From Gordius albopunctatus (lineage: Eukaryota): a stretch of 64,000 nucleotides of DNA. Below the pieces are notes generated by a model. It was not told the DNA's origin and did no database searches. It saw only the letters and a program-made list of their open reading frames with translations. Both the position numbers and the translations under genes were made by a program. The DNA lies in assembly GCA_964276515.1 (NCBI GenBank), contig OZ193910.1, positions 4,960,001 to 5,024,000 on the forward strand, in the 5' to 3' direction. Below, in pieces: positions 38,203 to 51,220 of this stretch; the first letter of the stretch is position 1, and each line of letters opens with the position of its first letter.

Positions 38203-38828
38203 GTTCTCACATTATACCCTTTAATCACAATATATTAGCATATCTAATTAAAATTAATTATTCATTATTAGATGGAAATTATGAAACATTTGGGTCACCG
38301 TTAACGCCTCTTTATTGTTATTGACGTTTAAAAAACGCTAAAATCGTTGTTTTTAGCAACTTTGTGACGTAATAAAAACATTTTCGTGTTCACCGTGAAA
38401 AACTCTACCAAAATGTGCAAACAATTTGCCCGTTGATTTAATAAGTCTATTATTTTTTTACCAGTGTAATTACGCTCGTTGAATAAAATGTGTGTGCCCC
38501 TTATAACATTTAAACAATCTTTCAATATTTTTTTATGTATATTTATATCCTTCTCACCACTAATACATAATATAAACAGACTTAAAATCAGTCCTTCTGA
38601 AGTAATGAATATTACTAAAGCATCTTTAAATTTGGCAACAATTTTTTCATCCTGTCCGATGTGTTGATATTTTGAATCGTTCGTTTATTAATCAAAATAA
38701 TTATATAAAATTGGCTACAATTACTAAGACTTGTTGAACCGTGTAATCTTAAATTTTCATGATTTTTGCCCTGCCTTTTTACTCCAATAAAGATAGCGCA
38801 TGCCAGAAATTTTCCGATAGGCTAAAAC

Positions 38829-38956
38829 TAGAGCTGTTAAAGGAATTAGTTGTTCCTTTTTAAAATGAGGAACTAGGAACTGGAATTAGTTCCATTTTAG
38901 GCAAAGGAACTGGAACTTGACAAGTTCCTTTTTAAAAGGAACTTTTAACAGCTCTA
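38829..38956. mobile_element. hAT MITE with GGAACT repeats
   Basis: TIR TAGAGCTGTTAAA/TTTAACAGCTCTA, exact TSD GCTAAAAC. Confidence 0.9.
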
Positions 38957-39273
38957 GCTAAAACTCACATAGTACCATAATAGATTACCTTCAGTTATTT
39001 AACATAATCTATGTCGAGTCCGCAACTTACCCCTGGACATTTAAGACCGATGTACGTTACGTTTCTTTTCGACGGATGTAATTCCGTGAGATCCTGGAAT
39101 TGTACGTTATCTAGGGCCAAGCAACAGAATAATTTATAATATTGTTTACATCGTTAATTTGTAAAAAATCATAATTCCAAATTTCAAGATTCAATAACTA
39201 TAAAACTATATGCTGTTTAACGTTAAAAGTTAATTTATTAAAGAAATAGGTATATACTAATAACTTAATAAAC

Positions 39274-40675
39274 CAGGCGCGTAGCTAGGATTTTCTCCGA
39301 GGGGGGGGGAAATTTCCAAAAAAAATTTATAGCATTTTTATTTCAACATCAAAATTAAGAAAGTGGTTATACAATAATTTCGTGTTTTCCTTTTCCCAGC
39401 GTCATCTGTAGTAGGATCTAATTCCCCATGAATCGCTAATAAAAGTGTCAATCCATTTCATCTATTTAAACATCGTGAAGTTTTAATGGAAATGTTGTCA
39501 GAAATGGAAGATTAACTAAATAAGGGAAGGAAAAATTGAAGCAAGCTGGTTTGATCCCGATGTTGCAAGTGCAACAAAAGCTGCAACTTTGCTCACTTCT
39601 CTACGACAATCTCAATATATTATGAATAGACTAGATAGACTGCTCATCAACGCACAAAATCTGTACCCTTTTTTCACCATTTGATGTTAACATGGTAAAG
39701 TTGTGATCATATGGAAATTATTAATTTTCGCAAATTAAATAATCTTAAAAAGGGAAATAAAAAAATAAATGCGATTGAAGTTTGTTTAATAATATAGCGT
39801 CAGTCATCTATATTTTGTATAATATGAATTTATTGACGTTCGTTTTAATTTATAAACTAGTGAGGAAGGTAAATTGACTGTCATAGGGCAAAATACATGG
39901 GGTTAAAGTACACCAGTTGCACCCTTCAAAACGGAGGAAAATTTGACACACAATTAACCATATGCAACATATGGCATGAGAAGTCTATCTACATCTAGTC
40001 TATGATATTATGCTAGTAATTGCAAAAAAAGGACCTAGATCTTCAGAAAATCAGACAGTTAGCAGAAACTTTAGTAATAGTAGTCGAACTTAAGGCTAAG
40101 TTGTATGATTTTGAATTTAAGAAACCTCGATATGCAAAGAAAATGAACGGTTTTTGGACAAGAAACAAGTTTTGGCAAATTTCCAAATAATATTTTCTCC
40201 GAATTCTTTGATTGTTTTGCCAGAAGCGCGAATAAAAATTAAATTATAGAAGGATTTCGTCCAAAGAATCCTTTAGACGCCACCCTATCAGATTATAAAA
40301 TATTATAATCTTTGCCCAACATCACAACTATTCTTTACCATTAGTTTTTATATTAGAAATACTATGTCAAGAAATAGATTAAATGGATTGGCCCTTTTTT
40401 ATAGCATTTTTATTTCAACATTAAAATTAAAAAAAGAAAGTCATTATAAAATAATTTTATATTTTCTTTTTCCCAGCGATAATATCCCAAGAACTTTATC
40501 TGGAGTGGGAGCTAATTCCAATAAAGTGTGTAGCAATTAATAAGTGTCTTACTTGGTCAGTTACGTTGCACAACTATAAAATATAAACTTTAGATCTAAA
40601 ATAATTTTTTTTCTATAAAAAATCCGAGGGGGGAAATTTCCCGTCTTCCCCCCCCCCCCCGCATTTACGCCATTG
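39274..40675. mobile_element. Non-autonomous hAT element (CAGGCGCGTAGC family) with nested MITE
   Basis: Exact 8-bp TSD TAATAAAC; imperfect TIRs with G/C runs; internal direct duplication (~39327-39430 and ~40398-40520). Confidence 0.8.
39625..40004. mobile_element. hAT MITE (ATAGACTAGATAGACTGCTCAT family)
   Basis: TIRs plus exact 8-bp TSD ATATTATG; homologous copy at 26635-27041. Confidence 0.85.
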
Positions 40676-40760
40676 TAATAAACAATAATTTTAGGACAAA
40701 TACCTTGTCATTCTTGTAGAAACACTCTCTGCTAATTTAGTATTAAAGGCTTACAGCTAT

Positions 40761-43700
40761 TTATCTGATATCAAAACGAATTTTAGACCTCTGAAGAACA
40801 AAGTATGCAGCTGAAAACTTTTAAAATGGTAGATTTTACTTTCAAAAATTTAATTAAAATAGAGGGCCTTATTACCTGGTTGAAAATCTTTTTCCTTGAC
40901 CACGGCGTGTGCTTGAATACGGATGGAATCACCATATCCACTCATAGTGAAATTGAATTTATTTGACGTAGTCTTAATTTTATAATTTAAGTATACATAA
41001 AATTATACTAAAAGAAAAAAATCAAGGACTGCTGTTTGTTACCGTATAGCGCCACATTATAAAACAACACTATTTTTGTAAGTAGAAAATGAGTTTGAAA
41101 ACCAGGGATATATCAACAAAGCGGTTACCGTAAAGAGTATTAGAAATAATATGCATCTTTTAGGTACACTATTAAACAACAATATTTTTGTAAGTAGATA
41201 ATGAGCTTGAAAACCAGAAATTCTTAGAAATTTATCGAAAGATGTTTAAAAAATAAGTGGGTTGGTAAAATTTTTTCATTAAAGTTTGAAAATAAATGTT
41301 TATTAATCTAATTCTTCTTAAGTTAGTGGGGGGGGGGGGCTATACCCGACCGACAGGTACCAGTGTAACCTTTAGGCATAGCCTTTAGGTGACGCAACTT
41401 TAGAGCCACTTTTCTCAAAAACTACTGAAGATAAAAACATTTTTTAAATTAAATTTGAAAGCTTGGATTGGGATAAATCATCTGATACAATTTTATTACT
41501 TCATCTTCATTCGTTGCTGAATTATACTCGTTCAAAAATCGTAAAAATCGCAGTTCCGACCTGCCTTCTTATATTCAAAATTTATGTACACTCAACAATA
41601 AGTTTTTGCAAACTAAATTACATATTTAAAATCTGTATAATTTTCCCAACATTTTTATAGTAATTTAAAATTTATATGATTATTATAAAGACTTTAAAAT
41701 TTGCCTTAAATATGAACTTCACCTAAAGGTTACACTGGGCAGAGCTTATGTGCCCAGCGCAACCTTTTTAATGATTTAAATTAATGATAAGACTATGAAT
41801 CCATTAATAATTTTTTTATATTTTTCTTTGCAAAAGTACATAGTATAAAGGGGGTAGGGGTAGAATAGTCAAGAATAGCAAAAATTTTGCATTAATATTT
41901 TCGATTTTCTCTGATTTTTGATAGGAAAAATGGCAGATACATGATATTTATAGATAAAATTGAACCTCCTAATATGCCAAATACGGCTAAAATTGCCTAC
42001 ATTTGATAATTTTAAAGCGGCCTTAGATAGAGGTCTACATTTCTATAATTCAGTTTGTTTTTATAATACTTTTATAAAATTTACCCATGATTTTAATCGT
42101 AGATGGTGGACTTTTTAAAACTTAGTCCCATTTCAGGTTTGTAGCAATAAGTCCGCCCTTATAAAAAGTCAAAAGAGATCGAAAATAGAATTATGACTGT
42201 CGTTACTCCCATTCAGATAATATAAAAGTTAGATTATTTTGCTTTAGATCTTTAATTTATATGCAAAAAACACACCAATAATTTAAAATTAACGATAGTG
42301 AATTTATAATTAAAGAATTTTTTTAACTGGTATTAGTCTCTCAAAAATGCCTAAATGTTTTGAAAACTTAAGAAGTCCTATTATCCAATTAAATAATATC
42401 CAATGGTATGCGTAGAAATCGGTTTCAAGACATCAACTCTAAACAACACACAAATTTTCCAGGGTTTGAAATTTTCTGGTTATTTTAAGTGATAGGTTCA
42501 ATTAAATAGTGTAACCCATTTCAATGAATAAATCCATGGTGCCTTTTATGGACATCATACAGCAAAGAAATTTATAAAGGGTAAGCCTTTTAGATTTCGC
42601 TTTAAGATATACCTAGTGTTAGGTCCCTAAAACCGGCTATCTTGTTACCTTGGAACAGTACCAAGAGGCCACGTTATTGTTGTCAAGTAAAATGAAAGAG
42701 GATTTAAATGACTTAGCTGCCTTTCAATTTTGTCTCTTTTAATGATTCTAAATATCCCTTTATAATCGCTTAATTATTAAATTGTCTTTCAAAAGTAAAT
42801 ATTGGAGCTTTGAAAACAGTGCGCTTAAATCGTTTCAAGTGCCTATTGATCGATGTAGAATCCCTAAAAAAAGAAAGGATTTATTCCGCAAAGGAATATT
42901 TCTAACGTCATGGTAGTACGTAGGCACGATAATCATAACGAAGCTTTTTAATTGTTAAATCCATTACCTGCAGTAGAATCACGCCTCTTTAAAAGTCCAG
43001 GAAAATACTTTTCAATGCCCAAAGTATGGGCGGTGTAAAATGCTCGGATTAAATGTTGATGCTACAAAAGTATCTTTTCAGGGCAGAAATTGATCCCATT
43101 ATTTGGATTATATGTCGCTTATTTCAATGCCTGCCAGCATGGGCCTAAGGCAAGGATGGGCGGCCGCCCCCTTCTGAATCCAAAAATTTGTTTAAATTTA
43201 TTAAAATTATGGCTGAGATTTCAAAAAATGATCATGCCGTCCCTAAATCATTATTGCCCCTCTCTATTTCCAATCCTGACTACGCCCATGCTTGCCAGCT
43301 TTATTGTCCAAACAAAGTCATCAAACTCTGCAGTTTTTAAAAATGAAATGTCCAAATTATTGTTTAAAATACGGCCGACTTCCTGAAGTGAACTCAAAAT
43401 CTTACTTTCCCAAAGTCAGCGACGACTCAACGGTTCTGCTCCGTATGCACCTAAGCAACCAGAATTTTATGCCCATATTGAAATATCAGACCTCACATTT
43501 ATTGTTGATCATCATTCCAATATAACTCTAACCCACTTTTTGCACTTATCTTAGTTCTTTAATAAAAATTTAAAATTTGCCTATTTTTATGCCACCCAGT
43601 GTAACCTTTAGGTGACACCCCTTTATTTCCGGAACTACGCAATTTTTCCAGAGTTTTTAAATTGTTCAGTCATCTAGAGCATATTGAGATGTCCCAAAAA

Positions 43701-45013
43701 TTTTTTTTATATAAATTGGTTCGGCCGAACCGTTAGTGGTATCTGTCGAGACAATCTGCGGGCTGTCCCCACAACCCCTGTAACCTTAAATAAAGTGGGT
43801 TAAACTAATTATTATTCTTTACAATTTTTAATGCCATATTTTAATTTTGGTTTTTGGAGGAGATTTAACATGTTTCGTTAGTGGGTTTAGATTTTTTGTT
43901 GCCGTTATTTTTGGAGATTTAAAGGTTTTTGATAATATATATATATTTTAAAATAATTAATCAATCAATGTGAATTAATTTAGGCAAACATTTCATTGTC
44001 AATACTTCTTTTACAAGGCTATAGCACAATTCGGCGCATTTACTGCTTAATGGAATAAGTAGTGTGAAGAGGCTGATTACAAATTAGTTAGAAACTTTAA
44101 ATAAATTATCAAAATTATTGAGTCAAATAGTCCAATAGGCACTTGTGTAATTTTGGTTGAAAGTGAATTTTTATAGCATTTGCTGTTTTTTGAGAATTTT
44201 TGAACAAATCCATCAACAATTTATTGCTATGCAATTTTTATTTCCAAATGATCATTTTAATTTTTATCCTATCCCTTTTATAGATAAAAAAAATTATCGA
44301 TAATTTAAAAGATATTAAAATTTGTTCGGATCAATTAAAAAAGGGAATTCATTTAAAAAGAACTTGTTAGAATTGTTCCTTTTTAGACAAAAAAAAACTT
44401 TATGTTCTAACCAGTTGTTTTTAGAAACAGATATTTGACTACTATAATAATTCGGGAAACTTCATTTTATCACAAAAAATGATCTTTTTAAGGTGACAAT
44501 ACTATTGATTAATTTTTATTTGGGAAATATAGATATTTAAAATAATGATTTAATTCCTTAAATAACGATATATAAGTTTCGTAATTTTATTATGCAATTA
44601 AATCACTTAAACTTACCTCCCAGTTCCACACTTCCCTTCGATCATCTTTGCTAGCTACGATGAGGTACTTTGAAAATTCTTCTTTACTTATAATAGTGGC
44701 GTTTACTGAAAAGTTTGCCACTTTAAACTTCAAGCCTGAAATCGACGATTAAATCAATATTTATATTAAATATGAGCAATTTTAAAAAATTCCAAAATCA
44801 AAGTGCAGCACCACTCAAAAGATATTTAATTATAACAAATTATCCAAAAAAATTTATTTGTGAAAATGAATCTGTGATTGTGCTTTAAAATGTTAAATAT
44901 ATAATAAATGCTGAACTATTTAGACAGTTAAATGCAATATTTACTCATAGGGTAGCTTGGGTAGCTTTCTTCACCTGCCTCAGATATCTGTGCGTCGTCG
45001 GTTCCATTATCAT
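40761..45013 (-). CDS. Unidentified multi-exon gene (partial, ~110 aa) or pseudogene; weak fibronectin type III-like pattern
   Basis: Four GT-AG exons join in phase without internal stops: 45013-44945, 44735-44617, 40972-40876, 40810-40761, giving ..DNGTDDAQISEAGEESYPSYPMSLKFKVANFSVNATIISKEEFSKYLIVASKDDRREVWNWETTSNKFNFTMSGYGDSIRIQAHAVVKEKDFQPAAYFVLQRSKIRFDIR*. No start exon found. Confidence 0.55.
41345..43755 (+). mobile_element. Degenerate piggyBac-type transposon
   Basis: Decayed PGBD motifs: SMVPFYGHHTAKKFIKGKPFRFRFKIY near 42535, KTVRLNR, VRRHDN, MGGV; repeated CAGTGTAACCTTTAGG subterminal motif; inverted CGACAGGTACCA/TGGTATCTGTCG ends. A related left-end block recurs at ~47227-47715. 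Boundaries approximate. Confidence 0.75.
43138..43290. mobile_element. Representative ~150-bp CATGGGCGTAGCC MITE (many copies in window)
   Basis: TIR CATGGGC...GCCCATG, TSD CCTGCCAG/CTTGCCAG; related copies near 2028-2183, 5046-5339, 6577-6737, 21016-21077, 36465-36586, 49140-49309. Confidence 0.85.
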
Positions 45014-46466
45014 CTAATTTGTATTTTCGCAATATATTACATATTATTCTATTAGTTAATTAACCAAAATAATATTTTAAAATTGTGTTTTTATTTTGAT
45101 AAATAATTGACCCGAGCTATTATTGGCACCCGGTCAAAGTAGCAGAAAAATAGCAGCCAAATTGGTGAGATATCGTCAGAATTCATCAAGATTGGTCAGG
45201 ACTTTGCATAGAATTTAAGTTTTAACCTATAATTATGCAGTACTTGGCGAGGGTTACATCAGAAATTCCCTCCCCATTTCAGATTTAATGCTAATATCTT
45301 GATTATCTAAAAAAATATTTTTCTGCTACTTTTTCATCATTCTGCTACTTTGACGGGTATTCCAATTATTTCTTGTTATATTTCATATTTTAAAAAAATT
45401 GTGTGTTTGAATATTTATGTGAAAGACAAAAACGGTAGTTAATTAAAATTGTATATCCACCGACCAAATAATTTCAGTCACAGTGTATGATTTATAAAAA
45501 CTAGCTCGGGAGTGAAAGAGGGGAGGATGTCTATTTCCCCCCCCCCCTCACTCCTTAGGGCTTGTCTTAATATCGGATTCAGATTCAAACGGCGCGAATT
45601 TATCTTTATCAAATATTCGATTCAATTTCACGTGTCAAACTCGATTGTAATTATTAATATTTTGTTTTTTGATAGTCAAGACCTTTTTTTTTATTTATTT
45701 CAATTCTTGAGATTAATCGCTGTTATATAATGCGTGTGAAATGAAAATCTGGTGTGAATTCGAAGTTTAGACACGACTATGTTATAACCCATACAACGAT
45801 TTTTGCTGCGCAGCAAAATCCGATATTAAGACAAATGGCGGAAAAAATGTTTTCAATGCAAAAACCCTTAAAAATTAAAAAAAAATTACGTTTTGCCCCC
45901 GACCTAATTAAAATTTTAAGCGTTTTGCCCCCCCCCCACCCTAATCCAAAACCTGGCTAAGCCCATGTTTAAAACTCAATTACAAACATTTTTATTTGGC
46001 CAGATATAGACGCACAAAAACTATTTGAAATTTAAATTACTACTATGAATCCTTTCTAAATTTATCAGTCTACGGATATTATTTATATAGGAAGCGTTGT
46101 CATTTTTAATTAGATAAATGTTTTGATTGTTTTTATATTTAAAAATTTTTAAACAAAAATCTTCTTAATCATTCAAAGTGGACAATAGGTGCAAAAGCGA
46201 AAACGATTTGCAGACGATTTATATTAGGCTAGGCTATAGCCATTTATAATTTTAGAAATCCATTTTAACTTTTTATCAATGTCACTTAAGATTTTTTCAA
46301 GTTTGTTCATTACTAAAAATCTAGTTTCAAATTAGTTATAGATTTAAATATGGGCGATTGAGTGGGCTCGAAATATTTATTTATTTTTAAAATTGAAAAG
46401 TTAATATTATTATGCCCCCCCCCCTCGCACACATCTCCTAAAATATGTTTTTCGTGTTATTTGTAT

Positions 46467-46605
46467 TAGAGGTGTGCATGGATCATATTTTTTTGATCCG
46501 ATCCGATCCGAGGGGTTTTTGAAAAATTTCATATCCATCCGATCCGATCCGAGTTTTAACGGATCGGATCGGATGTCGGATCGGATTGATCCGTGCACAC
46601 CTCTA
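46467..46605. mobile_element. Palindromic hAT MITE with (CGATC)n repeats
   Basis: TIR TAGAGGTGTGCA/TGCACACCTCTA, exact TSD ATTTGTAT. Confidence 0.9.
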
Positions 46606-49339
46606 ATTTGTATGCACTCAATTAGCAAGGCTGGCTAACATGTTAAACGTGCTCCACGTCGCAATTGCATTGCCTGATTGTTTTAAGCAAACTATGATAA
46701 ACTATTTGTTTACCACTGCACGTCTGCTGGAGTTTCTTATTTAATTTTTAAATAAAAAAGTGTTAAATCTTTTTTTATTATTTCCCCAAAATGTTATTTT
46801 CGAATTGTTTAGATGTCTTAGTGTTAGACACACATGATTTCTAAGCGTTTAAACTTCTTGCGCCTGAAGGGGAAAGCCATAAAAGTTAAAATAACTATAA
46901 ATGGTTTGCAAACGTCTTATTTTTTATATAAATTTAACTGGACATCAGCAGAATCTTAAAAAATGACTTTAAGCTCAATAATATAAGTAAACAAAAATCA
47001 TTAAAAAATAGTGAAACAAATTTCTTTGCTATCCCATGATCGCGAATTTTTTCCAAGACAGAAAATCGGCATTACTTTTTGCAAAATAATACAATGGCAA
47101 TATCGGAAAACTTTCCAAATATTTGTAATGATTGACTTTTTTATTTATTTGATTCATCTTCACAAAATATTTATTTTTACCTCAATAAATTTAATGCAAA
47201 ATCTAAACATATAATATATATGCTAGACAGGTACCAGAGGGTCGCAACTTTAGAATTAATTTTCTCACAGACGATCTAATACAAAAACTATTTTTAATTA
47301 ATATGAAAGATTACATTGGGATAAATCCACTAACATTAATATTTTATTCCTTCCTCTTCCTTGGTTCGTGAATTATTCTCGTTCAAAATCGTAAAAACCG
47401 AAGTTCAGACCTGCCTTTTCAATATTTATGTACTCTCGACGACCATAAGTTTTTGCAATTTAATATACATATGTATATAATCTGTATAATCTACCAACAT
47501 TTAGATAATGATTTTAAATTTATATGAATCCTTTAAAGCCTTTAAAGCCTTTAAATTCGCCTTAAAGATGAACGTCACCTATAGGTTACAATTGCCTAGC
47601 CTAACCCTTTTAGTAATTTAATATTAAAACTATGAATCTTTCAAAACATTTATTTCCTTTTTGCAAAGTTTAAGGATCGGGACTTGAATACTCAAGAATA
47701 GCGCAAATTTTGTGCCATCAAAGTCAATATAAATTTTCCAATACAAAGGTAAACATAAGTTAGGGTTTTAAATTTTCAAAATCGTTACATATTCAAATTA
47801 ATTATTTAATATTTCTGATAACTTAGTTTTAACTTTAACTATTTAATAAAGCGATAATTACATGTAATATAGAGTTTTAATTTATCAATGTTTAAAAGTA
47901 AATCTGAATAAATTTAAATCAACATAAATTGTAAAAAAGTTAAAAAATACCAAAATATATCAATGTATTTTACTTGTTTCGCTAAGGCCCGGTTTAACAA
48001 CTACTACAAATAGAAGACCTATCAATGCATAAGCGATGAGTTTCATCGATATTTTAATATTTTTGGATTAGTTTAAAAAATATTTTTGCGGAGTGAAAAC
48101 AAGTTGTTAAAGGATGAAATAAAATTCAATTTTTCTCGGAAAAATTTTTTGCGTTAAAATGAAAGGCTCACACGCAAGACCCCTTTCGTCGAAATTAAAT
48201 TAAATTAGCCGGCGGGGTGAGGTCAAAGTTAAATAAACAAGGCGTAAACATAGACGTGGGCCGCTCAGTAAAACGGGCTAGGTAGCTAGGGTGTTAGGGT
48301 TGTAAAATTAAAAAAAATTTGGGGCCGGGTTCAGGTTGTAATAAAATACATGATATTTAATGTACGCCGCCAGTGCAGGTCTCTAGTTTTAGCCTAGCAG
48401 CCAAATTTTAAACTCGTAATATGCCTTATTAAGGTAAATACTAGGTATCTATAATTTTTTAATTAAAGGACTGTAAATTGATGAAAAAATGAATATGGGA
48501 TACTTTGATATTAATCGTTTTTGGCTTAAAATTGCACTAATTTTGCAAATTTTATATAGGATAAACATTAGAATATCTAATATTGTGTAATTTATTAGAG
48601 ATTTTACTTAAAGTAAATGGATCTGATTTTTTAACGTGAATTTTGAAAAGAGGAATAAATGATACAATATAATTATGTGATACCATACAAGTTCAGCCGA
48701 TTCAATTATATGATTTTCTGAAAGAAATTGCAAACCTTTAAGCATTGATAAAAAACTTTTTTTAAACTCTTTTTCCAACTTCCATGGTTTAGACAATAAG
48801 TATTTATTTAGGAATAACAGGAATCCTGTACATAGAGCTTAAATAAAGAACAATTTACTAAATTTTATAAAATTAAAATCATCACAAAATAGCAATATCA
48901 CCTCATATTATCACATTTATTATTATTAAAAAGCTAAAATTAAATATTTAACATTTTAAATTAAGAACTGCGTTAGTAAATTAAAATATTTTGTAAAGTA
49001 AAACTTATTTTTGTCATATTAGTTGTTATGATTTAATGCAACTTCGCGTCCAAATGTACTACAATAATGAAAAAGTAATTAATTTTTCGCATACCGACTC
49101 ACTACAATTATAAATTTAATTAAAGTTTTTATTTTTGACCATGGGCGTAGCCGGGGGGGGGCAGGGGGGGGGGCGGCTGCCCCCCCCTCTAAATCCAAAA
49201 ATTTGTTAAAATTTATTTAAATTATAGCTAAAAATTCAAAAAATGATCATTTTGCCTCTCCCTAAATAATTATTGCCCCCCTCTAATTCCAATTCTGGCT
49301 ACACCCATGTCGAAGCCTCCTTCCAATTCTAGATTTTAG

Positions 49340-49553
49340 TCATTCGTGTCCCTGATCACACCATCTTAGGCAATGTTAATCGCCATTGCTCTTAGAAAGT
49401 CATTGTGGCAAATATATCCACTGTAGTGAAGTCCCAGCAGGCGTTTAGGCCACGAGCCCACCCACGGGATGATCGTTACACCGTCGGGTCTTTTACCGTC
49501 AGTGGAGCTTAGGCCAGTGGGTTCCATTGAGCTGGGAAAGTCGGCTTTCTTTA
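49340..49553 (-). mobile_element. CRE-like non-LTR retrotransposon restriction-like endonuclease fragment
   Basis: KADFPSSMEPTGLSSTDGKRPDGVTIIPW, then after a 4-bp GTGG duplication ARGLNACWDFTTVDIFA: an RPDG...WD PD-(D/E)xK-type motif. Confidence 0.75.
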
Positions 49554-50207
49554 ATAGTAGGGGTAAAATTTTAGGTAAAGACACGTTACGACAGGTAAGG
49601 AGCGCGAAGACACATTTAGATTCATCAAAATTAATAAAATCTAACTTGGAAAAATTATAAATTTTTGCAAAGGTTGACATTAGATAATCCTTTATCAACT
49701 TCTTACTTATATTGTTTATACTACTAAATTTTCAATCCAGAATAAAATTTTATATTTTGCAATAAAAACAGGGGAGAGGCACTAAAGTTTAAAAAGCTAA
49801 ATACCTTTTATTTACAAACATTCGATTCTTTTCAAATTGAATAGAAGGGACTCAAGAAAATAATTTTTTTATTTCGAGTTGGCAAGGGTTTGCACCGAGG
49901 GGGGTCAGGCCAACCTAATGCCCGATTATTATATTTGTTGTCAGAGTCGGTTAGATATCCTTTTAGACAGGGGCAGGGTTTTGGGCCACCTGTGCATGGC
50001 CCAGCTACCGCTCTTGAACCAAATAGAGGGGGCTAAAGGCATTCGTTTGAGAATAAAGCTTGGCTAATGGATTATGGTGTAAAGAAAAGCAACAAGGAAA
50101 CGGCTGACCATTTAAAACGGAGAAAAATGGATATCCAATGTCGTAGCTAGCATTTTTCCCTTGAGCGAGGGCCGAACTTAAATTTTAAACGAGGGGGGGG
50201 AGGGGAA

Positions 50208-51220
50208 GTGATGTGGCAGTATATATGGTGGCCTACTCTCGACGATGACTTATTGAGCGTAGCGAAAGGGTGCCGGAATTGCAATTACAATGCCGCGGCG
50301 GCGAAGAAAGCACCGTTGATAGAGCGTCAACCTAGCCATAGACCGTGGGTGCAAGTACATATCGATATCATGGGTCCTCTCAAGGGTAAGTCATACCTGG
50401 TGATTGTGGACAATAGCTCAAAATGGGTAGAGGTGTTTAAATTAGAAGACACCACAGCGACAACCATTATAAAAAAACTTGCCGAAACGTTTGCTAGATT
50501 TGGAAATCCACCATGGTGGATATCAGATAACCGCCCGCAATTCAAAGGGCAGGAATTGCAGAATTTTTGCAAAATGAGAGGGATTAATTAACGATGGACA
50601 GCCCTTTACCATCCTGCTTCTAACAGTCTGGCAGAAAGGTATGTACGATTAATTAAAGAAGCCATTATTAGAAACGAGTCGGAAGTAGGGCTAAGTAGAT
50701 TTTTGGAAAACTACAGATCTACAAAACACCCCACAACCAATAAAAGCCCAGCAGAGGTGATGCTAAAAAGGCGTATGCGAACCGAATTGGAGGTATTGAG
50801 GGAAACCGTACCAGTTAGAGACCGGGAACCCGCGGATGTTTAACGTAGGAGACTTGGTTTGGGTACGCATGTTTTTGGGACTAAGCAAATGGGTAGAAGG
50901 CACGATAAAAGCCAAGCACGGCAGTCGTTATGGGCACAGGGAAGAAAGTACCACCGACACGTGGATCAAGTAAGGAAACGGAAAATCTTGGATTGGACCA
51001 CACTGGAACAAGAGAACGGGTGGCCGCAAATGATATCATCAGAAAGGGAAACGGGAACAAGTGTTTCAAGGGAACAAATGCAAAACCGGGGGACAAGTGC
51101 TACAAGGGAACAAATTCAAAACCAGTCAAGAGCGCCTACAGAAGAACCTAGATACCCGCAGCGTATTCGGAAACCGCGAGCATTCCTTCTGTGAAAAATG
51201 GGGAACTGCAGAGAGGTATT
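50208..51220 (+). mobile_element. Ty3/Gypsy integrase and 3' end fragment
   Basis: WWPTLDDD...CRNC, PWVQVHIDIMGP, LVIVDNSSKWVEV, ISDNRPQF, C-terminal RYPQRIRKP; PPT-like AAAAATGGGGAAC followed by TG, then cut by a TIR element. Confidence 0.9.
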
